This document shows, piece by piece, positions 47,392 to 58,102 of a DNA stretch of 64,000 nucleotides. Source of the DNA: Candidatus Poribacteria bacterium (lineage in GTDB: Bacteria > Poribacteria > WGA-4E > WGA-3G); NCBI GenBank assembly GCA_965202725.1, contig OZ241845.1:1834621-1898620 (forward strand), written 5' to 3'. Made by a program: the position numbers and the translations under genes. Below the pieces are notes generated by a model that saw nothing but the letters and a program-made list of their open reading frames with translations, did not search any database and was not told the origin of the DNA. Position 1 is the stretch's first letter. Every line of letters begins with the position of its first letter.

Positions 47392-47524
47392 GTTTTTTTT
47401 ACTTGAGTACATGCAAAATACGCTTTTGTAGCCTACCCTCTTGCTTGCGGGGAGGGCGGCTGCCAACGTAAAGTAGTCAAACGCGATTTTTTCATGAAAC
47501 TAGCTCGGAAGTACGTAACGGTAG

Positions 47525-47962
47525 TTAGTCGATTTCGAGGACGACGTACTTCTGTTCAACAGTGACAGGGAAGGTGTCGGCGACATAGGGACCTTTTTGA
47601 GGTGCAGAACTGGATGCCTCGATGTGCTCACCACTCTCGACGTGGACTTCGTATTTTTTGACGCGCCGGTGCGCCGGATTCCACCAAGACTGACCAGTTT
47701 TGATGTCGAACTCCCAACTGTGCCACGGGCATCGGAGAATCTCGCCTTTACGGGTGTAGCGATAGTTGCCTGGCCCCGAAGAATCTAAAAAGCCGGTGAC
47801 AAGGCCGCTACATAAAGGGCCGCCTTGGTGTGGGCAGCTATTACGGATGGCGAAGTATTCTCCGTCAATATTAAAGATGCCGATGGAACGTCCGCCGATT
47901 TCAACGACTTTGCGTTCACCAGGTCCAATTGCGTCTGTTGTTGCTACTACGTATTTGGGCAT
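47525..47962 (-). CDS. Rieske [2Fe-2S] domain protein
   Basis: 'CPHQGGPL' (CxH) and 'CPWHSWEF' (CxxH) boxes with the expected spacing. Start placed at the internal 'MPKYVV', which is uncertain. Confidence 0.75.
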   Translation of the reverse strand: MPKYVVATTDAIGPGERKVVEIGGRSIGIFNIDGEYFAIRNSCPHQGGPLCSGLVTGFLDSSGPGNYRYTRKGEILRCPWHSWEFDIKTGQSWWNPAHRRVKKYEVHVESGEHIEASSSAPQKGPYVADTFPVTVEQKYVVLEID

Positions 47963-48083
47963 TTGGGTGTTAGTGTGAGTTGGAACTTCGTTATGGATGT
48001 CCCAGTGGATAGCCTTGATGCTAGCCTGGACAAAATGCGGAGCATCCCTACTTTCCATGTACGGATCCTTGATTTAACAACGA

Positions 48084-48155
48084 TGGGGCGTACTGGATTT
48101 GAACCAGTGACTTCTACCGTGTGAAGGTAGCGCTCGTACCCCTGAGCTAACGCCC
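48084..48155 (-). tRNA. tRNA-Val (anticodon CAC)
   Basis: Hand-folded cloverleaf on the minus strand: GGGGCGT acceptor, GCTC/GAGC D-stem, anticodon stem CTACC/GGTAG with loop TTCACAC, and T-loop TTCAAAT. Confidence 0.7.
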
Positions 48156-48166
48156 CACGGACGGAT

Positions 48167-48239
48167 ATGGGCCCACTAGGACTCGAACCTAGGACCAGTC
48201 GGTTATGAGCCGACGGCTCTGACCACTGAGCTATGGGCC
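48167..48239 (-). tRNA. tRNA-Met (anticodon CAT; elongator Met or Ile2-lysidine type)
   Basis: Hand-folded: GGGCCCA acceptor, anticodon stem GTCGG/CCGAC with loop CTCATAA, and T-arm CTAGG TTCGAGT CCTAG. The anticodon stem lacks the three consecutive G-C pairs of initiator tRNA. Confidence 0.7.
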
Positions 48240-48329
48240 CGCTTTAATGTTGATATACGAATTATACGATATTTTAGTTTTAAAAGCAAATTATTTAGCG
48301 ATTGTTGGCTATTGGCTTCGGTTCTATGC

Positions 48330-48480
48330 GGTGCTTGATACATAGATTAACGGTTTCCTATGCTACAAGTGCTTGATACACAGGCTAACAGTGTCCTATG
48401 CTACAAGGGCTTAATACACAGGCTAACAGCCTATGCTACAAGGGCCTGATACACACGGCTAACGGTTTCCTATGCTACAA
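48330..48480. repeat. Variant copies of the dispersed hairpin repeat
   Basis: Four units 'gcttgatacacaggctaacagNNNcctatgctacaa'. In one copy the hairpin arms are swapped (aggctaacagcct versus the usual agcctaacaggct), which keeps it palindromic. Confidence 0.65.
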
Positions 48481-48509
48481 ACTCACAGTTGATGCGCTAC
48501 ATATCCGTG

Positions 48510-50030
48510 TTAGTTAACAAAATCGCGGAGTTTTCGGCTTCGGCGTGGATGCCGTAATTTACGGAGCGCCTTCGCCTCGATCTGTCGAATCCGTTCCCGT
48601 GTCACCTTGAAGATACTCCCGACCTCTTCAAGCGTTCTTGGATAACCGTCATCAATCCCGAAACGGAGCGAAATCACCCGTCTCTCGCGATCGCTGAGGT
48701 CAGAAAGCACGTCTTGTATCTGTTCCTTGAGAATGTTCAATTCAGCTTCCTGCACGGGGGACGGCGCGTCAGCATCTACAATGAAAGAACCGAGTGGATT
48801 ATCGTCTTCTTCACCGATGGGCATGTCTAAGGACGATGTCTCTGGTGCGACAGCCAACGCCTCGGCGACCTTGCTGGTTGAAATTTTCAAATCTTGTGCG
48901 ATCTGTTCGGCAGTCGGTTCGTTCCCTAATTCTTGGAGCAGGGCGCGTTGGACACGGCGTATCTTGTTAATCCGTTCGTGCATATGAACAGGGATACGAA
49001 TCGTGCGTCCCTGATCAGCAATCGCCCGGGTGATGCCCTGTCGGATCCACCATGTCGCATAGGTGCTAAATTTATAGCCGCGCTGGTAATCGAATTTATC
49101 GACGGCTCGCATTAACCCGATGTTTCCTTCTTGGATTAAATCGAGAAATTCCAGCCCTGATGAACGGTGCCTGTGTTTCTTTGCGATACTGACGACGAGC
49201 CGGAGGTTGGCTTCAACAATCGCCATTTTCGCAGCTTGCGCCTCAGATTCGCCTTCATCAATTTGCTGCGTAAGGGATTTGAGATGCTCCCGTGAGACCC
49301 CAATTTCATGCATCTGCTGTCGGATACTACGTTTGTAGCGGACGATTGCAACGTAGGCATCAGCCATTGCGGGTGTCTCAAACTTCCGTTCGGTGTCGCC
49401 ACCTCCATCGAACCATTCGTGCGGCATATCGTGAGTTTGTTGGAGACGTTGTATTTCATCCTCCCATACACTAACCTGATATTCCGCCTGCTTGACGAGG
49501 TCAGAGATTTTACTAATCTCTTCGCGGTCAATTTTCAGTTTTTCGATGGTTTTCATCAATTTCTTGTGCGTTTTCGATGTGCCCGAGGCTGCGTCTTGAT
49601 TTTCGGCAGCAGTGAAACGTTCCATCTCCAATGTCTCCAGTACGTCTAAGGCCTTGTTCACCTGTACCCGAAGTTTCCGTTCGTTATCTTGGGTTGATGT
49701 GCTCTTAACGGACATATCAACCATATCGGAGGCGCGTTTTTTGGCGGTGACGACTTTATAGAGCATCTTGCGAATTTCTGTAATTGCCAGGGTGGTTTCG
49801 AAGGTCGCCTCAAGGGCGGCGCGATGTCCCGCTTCAATCCGTTTTGCGAGTTCGACCTCTTGTGCCCGATCAAGCAACTGAAATCTTCCCATCTCACGCA
49901 TATAGACTTTAACCGAATCATCTGTGTAAGCGCCGGCAAAGGCGGAGAGGTCAGTGATTTCATCGTATTCAAAATCATCACTGCTTTCAGAATCCAGATA
50001 ATCGGCGGTAGAATAGTCTTTAAAATCCAT
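48510..50030 (-). CDS. rpoD: RNA polymerase sigma-70 factor RpoD
   Basis: Region 2 '[35 protein letters not shown]' and region 4 '[29 protein letters not shown]'. Confidence 0.95.
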   Translation of the reverse strand: MDFKDYSTADYLDSESSDDFEYDEITDLSAFAGAYTDDSVKVYMREMGRFQLLDRAQEVELAKRIEAGHRAALEATFETTLAITEIRKMLYKVVTAKKRASDMVDMSVKSTSTQDNERKLRVQVNKALDVLETLEMERFTAAENQDAASGTSKTHKKLMKTIEKLKIDREEISKISDLVKQAEYQVSVWEDEIQRLQQTHDMPHEWFDGGGDTERKFETPAMADAYVAIVRYKRSIRQQMHEIGVSREHLKSLTQQIDEGESEAQAAKMAIVEANLRLVVSIAKKHRHRSSGLEFLDLIQEGNIGLMRAVDKFDYQRGYKFSTYATWWIRQGITRAIADQGRTIRIPVHMHERINKIRRVQRALLQELGNEPTAEQIAQDLKISTSKVAEALAVAPETSSLDMPIGEEDDNPLGSFIVDADAPSPVQEAELNILKEQIQDVLSDLSDRERRVISLRFGIDDGYPRTLEEVGSIFKVTRERIRQIEAKALRKLRHPRRSRKLRDFVN

Positions 50031-50049
50031 GATTAACTTAACTCCTTTT

Positions 50050-51939
50050 CTATGGTTGTCCGGTTAAGGCGCGTCTCTGGTTTGAAAGTTTCACTAATTC
50101 CTTGAGAATCTCTACCTCATCTGTGCCTTCAGCGAGGGCCTGGGAACGGATGCGCTGTTCGAGATCTTGTAAGAGGAAATCCTTGAGTTTATTAAGGCAG
50201 CCGTCAACCCGCGCTTGCAATATATTCGGAGGCGGCACTCTACGGAGCAGCGCATTCGAGACGAACCCGCTCACTTCCTCATCAGGGCACTCATTGATGA
50301 GTGTTTGGATGTCAACGGCTTCATCGTCGCTACACGCCTTCCAGAGCAATTGCGCGATTTTGGAGAACCGCGGTTCTGTGAAATTCTGGTAAGGGAATTC
50401 CGATTTAACACTTGAAATTAACGCTGGACTTTGAATTAATGCTTCAATAAGTTGATTTTCGATGTGGGCGCGAGCAGACAATTTTTGAGGTACACGCTTT
50501 GCTTGTCTCACACGCTGAGGGGTCTGTTCTGCTTGAAGCCCCGCGTCTCGCAATTCCTGCCAAAGTAAACGTTCATCAACATGAAGTTCACGCGCGGCGT
50601 ATTTAACGTATTCACTGCGCTCCATCCGATTTTTGAGGTTTAGGAGCATCTCTACAATTTCCTTAGCAATCTGGGCTTTCACATCCACGCGGTGGATGTC
50701 TTGTCGTTGAATAGCTGCTTGAATCTGAAATTCGATGAGGTTTATAGCTCTGTCAGTCAGTTCTGTGAAAGCAGCCGCGCCGTGTTGTCGTGTAAATGAA
50801 TCTGGATCCTTTCCATCTGGAAGGAGGGCTATGCGGACCCGCAATCCCTCTGCGAGCATACGGTGCAACCCGCGCTGTGCTGCTCGAAACCCCGAAGCAT
50901 CTCCGTCATAGACGATAACCACTTCGGGAGCAAACCGTTTTAACAAACTCGCGTGATTCTCACTCAGGGCGGTTCCAGAGGAGGCCACGACATTCTCAAT
51001 CCCGGACTGATGAAGCATTAAAACATCCATATAACCTTCGACGAGCAGCGCTCGCTGCTGCCTGTAAATGGATTGCCGGGCTTTATCGAGGTTGTAAAGG
51101 AGGTTGCTTTTATCGTATAGAACAGTCGCTGGCGAATTCAGATACTTGGGTTGATGTTCCTCAGAAAGGGTGCGACCGCCGAAAGCCACAGGCACACCGC
51201 GTTCATTATAAATCGGAAAAAGGATCCGGTTCCAAAACCGGTCTTGGGGCCCCCGATCCTCGTCCTTGATTAATCCGGCCTCAATCAACTGTTGGGTTGT
51301 AAACCCTTTGTCCATTGCAGCCTTCACGAGATTCCGCCGTCCCGACTGGGCGTACCCTAATTGAAATAGCCGCAGCATCTTCGGTTCGACCCCACGATGT
51401 TTCAGATACCGCATAGCTGATGTACCGATCCTATCAGTGAACAGTTGTCGGTGGTAATATTCCACTGCAAAACGGTTGAGATCCGCCAAAGATGTGAGCC
51501 GTTTTCGAATCGCAGTTTCCCGAACGTCTTGGGTTGGGAGCGTAATATTCAAACGATCCGCCAACCATTCCACCGTCTCTCTAAAGGACTTACCCTCATG
51601 CTTTTGGACAAAAGAGATAACATTGCCGCCGGTTTGACAACCGAAACAGTAGAACATCTGTTTTTCCACGGAGACGAGGAAAGAGGGCGTTTTCTCATCG
51701 TGAAACGGACAAATCCCTTTGTAATCACGTCCCGCAGGGCGAAGGGCAACGCCGCACTCGGAGACGACTTCAACGATGTTGGTACGCGTCCGAATTTCAT
51801 CAATCGTTTCCCTGGGTATAAGATAGTTTCTTGATCGAGCAACGTCCACAATGCTTATGCCTCGCAGATTGTTGGGTGGTAGTGATGGGTTGTCGGTTAA
51901 AAGAAAGTTCGCAGCTTTCCCTACGTTCGCAACCGCCAC
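50050..51939 (-). CDS. dnaG: DNA primase DnaG
   Basis: Zinc ribbon '[29 protein letters not shown]', and Toprim '[13 protein letters not shown]...[10 protein letters not shown]'. It lies immediately upstream of rpoD. Confidence 0.95.
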   Translation of the reverse strand: MAVANVGKAANFLLTDNPSLPPNNLRGISIVDVARSRNYLIPRETIDEIRTRTNIVEVVSECGVALRPAGRDYKGICPFHDEKTPSFLVSVEKQMFYCFGCQTGGNVISFVQKHEGKSFRETVEWLADRLNITLPTQDVRETAIRKRLTSLADLNRFAVEYYHRQLFTDRIGTSAMRYLKHRGVEPKMLRLFQLGYAQSGRRNLVKAAMDKGFTTQQLIEAGLIKDEDRGPQDRFWNRILFPIYNERGVPVAFGGRTLSEEHQPKYLNSPATVLYDKSNLLYNLDKARQSIYRQQRALLVEGYMDVLMLHQSGIENVVASSGTALSENHASLLKRFAPEVVIVYDGDASGFRAAQRGLHRMLAEGLRVRIALLPDGKDPDSFTRQHGAAAFTELTDRAINLIEFQIQAAIQRQDIHRVDVKAQIAKEIVEMLLNLKNRMERSEYVKYAARELHVDERLLWQELRDAGLQAEQTPQRVRQAKRVPQKLSARAHIENQLIEALIQSPALISSVKSEFPYQNFTEPRFSKIAQLLWKACSDDEAVDIQTLINECPDEEVSGFVSNALLRRVPPPNILQARVDGCLNKLKDFLLQDLEQRIRSQALAEGTDEVEILKELVKLSNQRRALTGQP

Positions 51940-51968
51940 AAGGCTTAACTTATAATCTACACCTCGTG

Positions 51969-54383
51969 TTACGCCTTGAACGTGACAACGGTTATACCTT
52001 CCCCACCTTGATCGTAGGGTGCGAATTGGTATTTAGCGACATGTGGATTCCGACGCAATTCCGCGTGTACAGCGTTCCGCAATGCCCCCGTTCCTTTGCC
52101 GTGCAGGATTCGCACTGTCAGGAGCCCCGCAAGATACGCATCGTCAAGGTATTTATCGGTAATAGCCAAAGCCTCCTTTACAAGCATTCCGTGAATATTC
52201 AACTCACTGCTGATTGCGTTGGCTTTGCTGTATTGGATCTCGAGGACAGAAGTTGATAAACGGGATACCTCCTGCTTGGGGTGAACGGAGTCTATATCCT
52301 GGTATGCGGCTTGCATTTGCATAGTTCCTACCAAAATCTGTAAAGGCATTTTCCCACGCCGTTTTATAGCCGTAACCTCGCCGAACTTGCCGAGTTTCTT
52401 GACCCTGACCTTATCACCAACAGAGACTTTAATTTTCGGTTGTTTCGGGTGTTGTGTCTTGGGCTGTTTGGGTTGTAGCGATTTTTTGGCTGTTTCTATT
52501 TTTGAGAAAGCATCTTGGATGCTAACTTTAGAGGCTTGTTCTTTCCGAATATCGGCGACCAGGTTTTCAACAGTCCGTCGCGCACCAGCAACGATAGTGC
52601 GCGCTTCATCTTCGGCTGCCTGTTTCAATTGATGGCGTTCCGATTTAAGGGCCTGAAGCAGCGCGTTGTGTTTTTGACGCGCCGATTCAACATCGCGAAG
52701 CTCGCGCTGCAGGCGGTTTCGCTCTACGTCCATCTCATTCTGCGTTTCCTGTAAACGGACCAGTAAATCTTCAACCGCAACAGTATTACTCCCTAAATGG
52801 CCCTCTGCCTTCTCAAGAATGGCAGAGGGAATCCCCAGACGTTCTGCGATTTTTATAGCGTTGCTACTCCCCGGAACACCGACCTGCAACCGATATGAAG
52901 GACGGAGCGTCTGCCAATCAAACGCCATTGAAGCATTTTCCATGTGTTCTTGTGAATGCGCGTAAGCCTTAAGTGCGCCATAGTGCGTCGTTACAATAGT
53001 ATTCACCCGTCTTTTTCCAAGCCAATCCAGAAGTGCCATACCGAGGGCAGTTCCTTCACTGGGGTCTGTACCCGCCCCGATTTCATCCAACAACACAAGC
53101 GAGCGTTCAGCGTGATCGATTTTTTTCAGCATCTCAGCGATTTTCGTAATATGCGAGGAGAAAGTGCTGAGACTTTGTTCTATCCCTTGATCGTCGCCGA
53201 TGTCAGCGAAGACCATGTCAAAGATAGCGATTTTGCTCCCGTGTTCTGCGGGGATATGTAGCCCAGATTGCGCCATAAGCGTCAATAAGCCGACAGTTTT
53301 GAGCACAACCGTTTTGCCACCAGTATTCGGACCGGTAATAATCAAGGTGTTAAATGTGTCACCAATATGGACATTCGTCGGCACAACGCGCGCTGGAAGA
53401 TCTCCATGCTTGTCAGCATCAGCGGCTTTAACATTGTGGAGATGAGCTTCTAGCAACGGGTGCCGCGCCGCAATTAATTTGACATAGCCTTGGGTGTTGA
53501 TTTTCGGCTCGACGGCGTTCAATGCGAGACTAAAACGTGCCTTTGCGTTTAAAAAATCGAGTTCTGCTAAGAGATCTAGGGATAATTCCAATGCGTGTAG
53601 GTCGTCGCGCACCCGGTCTGTGAGGTCAAGAAGGATACGTCGAATTTCGCGGTGTTCTGCTTCAGCGGCTTCGTGGAGCGCATTATTCATCTGGACGATG
53701 TCCAGAGGTTCGATAAAAAAGGTTGCGCCGCTCGTGGATTGTCCCTGGACGACCCCCCTGAAAGAGGATCGTGCCTCCTGTTTTATTGGAATAACGTATC
53801 TATTATTTCGAGAGGTGATAACAGGTTCTTGAATTGCTTTTTGATGCTCAGGTGAGCGGAGCGTGGCTTCGAGTTTTTGATGGACATTGTCACGGAGGCG
53901 CGATAACTTGCGACGAATCGCACGTAATTTGGTGCTTGCGCGATCCAATATGATACCGTCAGGGTTAATGCAGTAGGCGATCACCTCAACTAACTCAGGA
54001 AACACCGGCAAAGCATCAACGATAGAAAATAAATTCGGAAATTTGTCAGGATCGCGTTTTTCAAAAGCCCTATGGATGTCTGCAGGAATTTGTGCAACTT
54101 TTCGGACGTTCAGGAGTTGTTCAGTGTCTAAGATTGCACCGACTTTCGCAGCGTGGTTCAGCGATGCGCGAATATCCGTTAAGCCCCCTAAAGGGATTCC
54201 ACCGTAGCGTTCGTGAAAAAATTTAACTTCACTGCATAAGCTTTGTAGATAGCGAATTTTGTCGATAGCGTAGGACGGTGTGAGCCCGTCCACACGCGCC
54301 ATCCCCAGTCGAGAAGTGGTGTATTTTTTCAAAAGTTCACGAATTTTATCGTATTCTAAAGCCTTTTCAACACTGAGTAACAC
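51969..54383 (-). CDS. mutS2: Endonuclease MutS2 (MutS domains plus C-terminal Smr domain)
   Basis: Walker A 'ITGPNTGGKTVVLKTVG', 'DEIGAGTDPSEG', and a C-terminal Smr-like tail 'LRILHGKGTGALRNAVH'. Confidence 0.9.
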   Translation of the reverse strand: MLLSVEKALEYDKIRELLKKYTTSRLGMARVDGLTPSYAIDKIRYLQSLCSEVKFFHERYGGIPLGGLTDIRASLNHAAKVGAILDTEQLLNVRKVAQIPADIHRAFEKRDPDKFPNLFSIVDALPVFPELVEVIAYCINPDGIILDRASTKLRAIRRKLSRLRDNVHQKLEATLRSPEHQKAIQEPVITSRNNRYVIPIKQEARSSFRGVVQGQSTSGATFFIEPLDIVQMNNALHEAAEAEHREIRRILLDLTDRVRDDLHALELSLDLLAELDFLNAKARFSLALNAVEPKINTQGYVKLIAARHPLLEAHLHNVKAADADKHGDLPARVVPTNVHIGDTFNTLIITGPNTGGKTVVLKTVGLLTLMAQSGLHIPAEHGSKIAIFDMVFADIGDDQGIEQSLSTFSSHITKIAEMLKKIDHAERSLVLLDEIGAGTDPSEGTALGMALLDWLGKRRVNTIVTTHYGALKAYAHSQEHMENASMAFDWQTLRPSYRLQVGVPGSSNAIKIAERLGIPSAILEKAEGHLGSNTVAVEDLLVRLQETQNEMDVERNRLQRELRDVESARQKHNALLQALKSERHQLKQAAEDEARTIVAGARRTVENLVADIRKEQASKVSIQDAFSKIETAKKSLQPKQPKTQHPKQPKIKVSVGDKVRVKKLGKFGEVTAIKRRGKMPLQILVGTMQMQAAYQDIDSVHPKQEVSRLSTSVLEIQYSKANAISSELNIHGMLVKEALAITDKYLDDAYLAGLLTVRILHGKGTGALRNAVHAELRRNPHVAKYQFAPYDQGGEGITVVTFKA

Positions 54384-54483
54384 CGATGTGTCCTCTTTGG
54401 ATAAACTGAGATATCTGAGCGATAATAAGATAGACAGGCGAGGTTAAAAACCTCGCCTACATAATTTAGGGCTGGCTCTAATG

Positions 54484-55512
54484 CTATTCCTGAGCAGCTT
54501 CGCGTTTAATGGCACTCCACGTAGTGACCAGTTTTTGCTGCGGTTCAACAGGTAATATCCTGATATCTCGCAACCAGGAGATAACGAAGATACTGCCATC
54601 AACCTCGACGATCTCTTGTGTCTCATCGGTAGCGAAGTCATAAAGATAAACCGATCCCCACCGAGAATAGGCGATGTAGTCCCCTTCAGGCGACCAGTCG
54701 GCCCAATAACCTGTCGCTTTATCAACATCAAACAAGGGTACAATCTCTTTCGTTTCAATGTCGATTGTGCAAAAGGTATCAAACTCCCAATTCCATCTGA
54801 AGAACAGGATGCGGTCACCTTGAGGTGCCCAGACGGGGTAAAAATCTTTATTGAGTTCAGTTAGGAGTTCAATTTCTTTGGTTTCAACGTCTAAAAGATA
54901 GAGGTGTTCCAACCACCCCGGTCTGGAAAGCGAAAAGGCGAGCCGTTTCCCATTAGGGGACCAAGAGATTCCCGAAAATCGATAGGGCCATCCGGCATGC
55001 GGTACCGCTGTCATGACTTCCATTTCCCCGGTGTCGAGATCCAGCAGCCAAATCTGATTCTCTTGGGGCAATTGGTCTCTGGTATAACCGCTGAAAGCGA
55101 GTTGCCTACCGTTGGGAGAGACAGAAAGGAAGCGATATATACCAGAAATAGGGGTAATAAGTCTCTTATTCTTCGGGTTGTCAGGATTAATGGAATAGAC
55201 ATCAGAGTGTCCTTTATCGCGTTGGATGAAATAGAGCGAATCCCCGTTAGGTCCCCAAGAAGGATACATGCCTTTGTGGTTCAAAGGGATCGCAGTAGAA
55301 TCTTTAGCGCCTCTAAGCGCGGTGGCATAGAGATTCCAATCGAAACGTCCTAAATTCTCATCAAATCCGTTGACTGCATAGGCCAATTGTCCGGAAGGTT
55401 CAGCATTCACTCGTGACGGAAAGAAAATAAGGCATACGCAGCACACGCTCAAAAGTGTGAACTTAATGGTCTTAGCAGGATAAAAAGGGATGAGTCTCTG
55501 TTTATGTGTCAT
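54484..55512 (-). CDS. TolB-like / PD40 WD40-type beta-propeller periplasmic protein
   Basis: Signal peptide, then repeated 'PxWSPDG..LAF' style blades ('PSWGPNGDSLYF', 'LSVSPNGRQLAF', 'ISWSPNGKRLAF', 'ADWSPEGDYIAY'). Confidence 0.6.
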   Translation of the reverse strand: MTHKQRLIPFYPAKTIKFTLLSVCCVCLIFFPSRVNAEPSGQLAYAVNGFDENLGRFDWNLYATALRGAKDSTAIPLNHKGMYPSWGPNGDSLYFIQRDKGHSDVYSINPDNPKNKRLITPISGIYRFLSVSPNGRQLAFSGYTRDQLPQENQIWLLDLDTGEMEVMTAVPHAGWPYRFSGISWSPNGKRLAFSLSRPGWLEHLYLLDVETKEIELLTELNKDFYPVWAPQGDRILFFRWNWEFDTFCTIDIETKEIVPLFDVDKATGYWADWSPEGDYIAYSRWGSVYLYDFATDETQEIVEVDGSIFVISWLRDIRILPVEPQQKLVTTWSAIKREAAQE

Positions 55513-55545
55513 TATCGCTCCTTACCGATCCTTAAGAGATAAAAA

Positions 55546-56667
55546 TCATTGGTTAGATCCAAGCCGTTTGTAATGGAGAAGTGCGTTTTCATAGAGCCGG
55601 CGGCTTAATCCGAGTTTCTCCAATTCAACAATGAGATCATAACTATACAGTGCCGAGCTTTCTCTGCCTTCTTCATCGGCGCGCCGGGCGTTTTGGAGGT
55701 TACTTATAACTTCCAGTGCCTGTTTTTCAAAGTTGCTAATCTGCTTTCGGCGTTCAGAGGTGAGCCCACCTGCAATGTCTTTGTTCACTTTATAGGCGCG
55801 AATTGCGTCCGTATACGCGACGTAAGCCTCAGAGTACCGTTTTTCGTTTTCGAGGGTTTGTGCCCGCGAGAGATCTAACGGTTCGCCAATCCCTGCGATA
55901 ACAACTTTTGCGTCCTCGAGGAGCTCGCGGCTTTTCTGGGCAATTCCGACCTCTAGCGTGGTTCGAAATTCGTCTATAATCTCCTTATATGCGGCACCCG
56001 CAGCATCTGGATCTCCAGATTTTTCATAAGCGAGGGCTTGGTTAAATTTGGCATTGGCGAGCACGAATTGCCGAATTTCCGGTGAGAGTTGCGGGGTTGG
56101 CGGAAATGCCTTCGCTTGATAGGCATCGATGGCGGCCTCGTAATTACCTTCTTGTTCGTAGGTATTGCCTATCGCCTTTTGGGCATATAGGCTATAGATT
56201 TGATTTTCGGGTTGGTGTTGGTCAATGACTTGTTGGAATTGCGCGCGCGCTTCTGGGTAATTTTTTTGATAATAGAGGGTCTTTGCATATTTGTAGCGCG
56301 CCTTGTCACTAAAAGTTGAATTCGGATATTTATCATAAATCTCTTGCAGCTGCGCCTGTGCTGCCTTAAGTAATTCTTCACTTTCAGCCAATTTCTCGGT
56401 GTCAAACAGGCTTTCTTCCGCGCTCTGATAGGCTTCAGTAGCCTGACGGAGTGCAAAGGTTGCCTCGGCGCGGCGGTTCTCCTGATTCTGAGAATATGCT
56501 GCATACCCCGCGACGGCAACAACGATAACACCTACTATAATAGCAATCGTCCGCAGATTGCGGCGCAGGAAAGCATAGACTTCTAAGACACCTTCAACAA
56601 ATTTATCTTCCTGGATTTCTGCTTTCGTGAGTCGTCGATCTTGTGCCATAATTTTCCTCAGTTCCAC
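55546..56667 (-). CDS. Membrane-anchored TPR-repeat protein (YbgF/Tol-Pal-associated-like)
   Basis: One N-terminal TM helix 'IAIIVGVIVVAVAGYAAY', then several TPR-like 34-aa units rich in A/Y/G. Confidence 0.55.
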   Translation of the reverse strand: MELRKIMAQDRRLTKAEIQEDKFVEGVLEVYAFLRRNLRTIAIIVGVIVVAVAGYAAYSQNQENRRAEATFALRQATEAYQSAEESLFDTEKLAESEELLKAAQAQLQEIYDKYPNSTFSDKARYKYAKTLYYQKNYPEARAQFQQVIDQHQPENQIYSLYAQKAIGNTYEQEGNYEAAIDAYQAKAFPPTPQLSPEIRQFVLANAKFNQALAYEKSGDPDAAGAAYKEIIDEFRTTLEVGIAQKSRELLEDAKVVIAGIGEPLDLSRAQTLENEKRYSEAYVAYTDAIRAYKVNKDIAGGLTSERRKQISNFEKQALEVISNLQNARRADEEGRESSALYSYDLIVELEKLGLSRRLYENALLHYKRLGSNQ

Positions 56668-56687
56668 ACAATTTTAAAAGAGAGTCA

Positions 56688-56759
56688 AGCGGGTGACGGG
56701 AATTGAACCCGCGACCCTCAGCTTGGGAAGCTGACGCTCTACCGCTGAGCTACACCCGC
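56688..56759 (-). tRNA. tRNA-Gly (anticodon CCC)
   Basis: Hand-folded: GCGGGTG acceptor, anticodon stem TCAGC/GCTGA with loop TTCCCAA, T-arm GCGGG TTCAATT CCCGT, and discriminator U. Confidence 0.7.
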
Positions 56760-56970
56760 ATTTATAGGATGGCTGTAGAAAACCATCAGTAGCGTCGATG
56801 GTTCTATGAATCGCTTCCACCCTTAATTAGAATAACACATCCCTCTGAAGTTTTCAACAATATAAAACAAAAGCGAGTGTTGGCAGAATGTAAACAATAG
56901 TTTGTAAGTTTTACCAGATACCCGCTTTTTCGCTTAGACCAGAGGGACCTCGCCTGCGATCCTGGCGTAT

Positions 56971-57438
56971 CTATTGCAGTTTGTCTAACTCGCCCAGAAC
57001 CTGTTCGGCGGTCAACGTATTGTCCGGCGGCGCGGCTTCGACGTGTTTGAAGGCGATGTTTCCTGACGTATCAATAATAAACACACCGCGCGTGGTAATG
57101 CCGACCTCTTCAAGCGCCATACCGAACGCTTTAGATACCTCAAGGTTCATATCAGCAAGGAGTGGAAAATCGACACCGCCGAGTACTTCGCTCCACGCCT
57201 TATGCGCGAAGGTTGAATCCCGATTAATAGCGATGACCTCAGCCCCCTTCGCCTGAATTGCGCGCAACTTTTCGTTGAAATCCGGCACCTGTTCAGCACA
57301 GACCGGGGAAAAAGCGAGGGGGTAGAAAAGCACGACTAAATTTTTCCCCGCATAGTCGCCCAATGAAACCTCAACATCTTCTTGGTTGACTGCACCTTGT
57401 AGTGTGAAATCTGGTGCAGCACTTCCTATATTTGCCAT
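56971..57438 (-). CDS. Peroxiredoxin (Bcp/PrxQ-like thiol peroxidase)
   Basis: 'VVLFYPLAFSPVCAEQ' peroxidatic Cys motif. 155 aa. Confidence 0.8.
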   Translation of the reverse strand: MANIGSAAPDFTLQGAVNQEDVEVSLGDYAGKNLVVLFYPLAFSPVCAEQVPDFNEKLRAIQAKGAEVIAINRDSTFAHKAWSEVLGGVDFPLLADMNLEVSKAFGMALEEVGITTRGVFIIDTSGNIAFKHVEAAPPDNTLTAEQVLGELDKLQ

Positions 57439-57485
57439 TAAAATTCTCCTATATTTGCTAATCGCTGTTTGCGGTTTGCTAACTG

Positions 57486-57911
57486 CTATTTGCTAACTGT
57501 TCTTCGCTTTAGTGCCGCCCACGACGTTGCAAGTTTACCGTGCGGTTCCACGGCTGTGAGAGGCGTTGTGGTAACACCGGTGACACTAACGTTATCAAAG
57601 CTGGCTTGCGTATCCCATGTCCAAACCCCGACTTTACCGCGAGGATACGCGTCATCAAAAAACACACCTTGCTCTATGCCATTAATAGCTAGTGCGATTC
57701 GGTCGCCTTCAAGAGTTGCCTCGAGCGTGAACCATTCCTTTCGGGTAAGCGTCAGTCCGTATAGACTCAATATTGTGTTCAATCTCGTCGAGGCCTTCAA
57801 ATCCATCTTTAAAAGCGGTACTGCGACGATGTCGCCACAACTCGAATTTATTTTCTTTCGGGCAGATGAGGTAGACGTAGTACTCAAATGCGTTTCGTGC
57901 GCGGAAAACAT
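57486..57911 (-). pseudogene. Probable truncated remnant of a DUF1080/LamG-like (3-keto-disaccharide hydrolase-like) gene
   Basis: Only the C-terminal half of this ORF is family-like ('GKVGVWTWDTQASFDNVSVTG'). The N-terminal half is low-complexity and lacks a signal peptide. Confidence 0.3.
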
Positions 57912-58102
57912 ATTATTTTACCGACATATATTAGGTAAATTTGGAAATATTATACCATATATTAAACGCGAAAGTCAAATTTATGAAGAAATACTGACAA
58001 ATTATTTATTCCCTCTGGAATCTCTATTTGCAAATTATCGCTGCACGTGTTAATATTATTTAAGTTATAGAAAAGAAAAAACACCAGCACAAAGGAACAA
58101 AA

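Noticed and set aside
57469-58053. The 194-aa ORF on the plus strand.
   Set aside because: It is antisense to the DUF1080-like remnant, low-complexity, and has no start context. Likely spurious.
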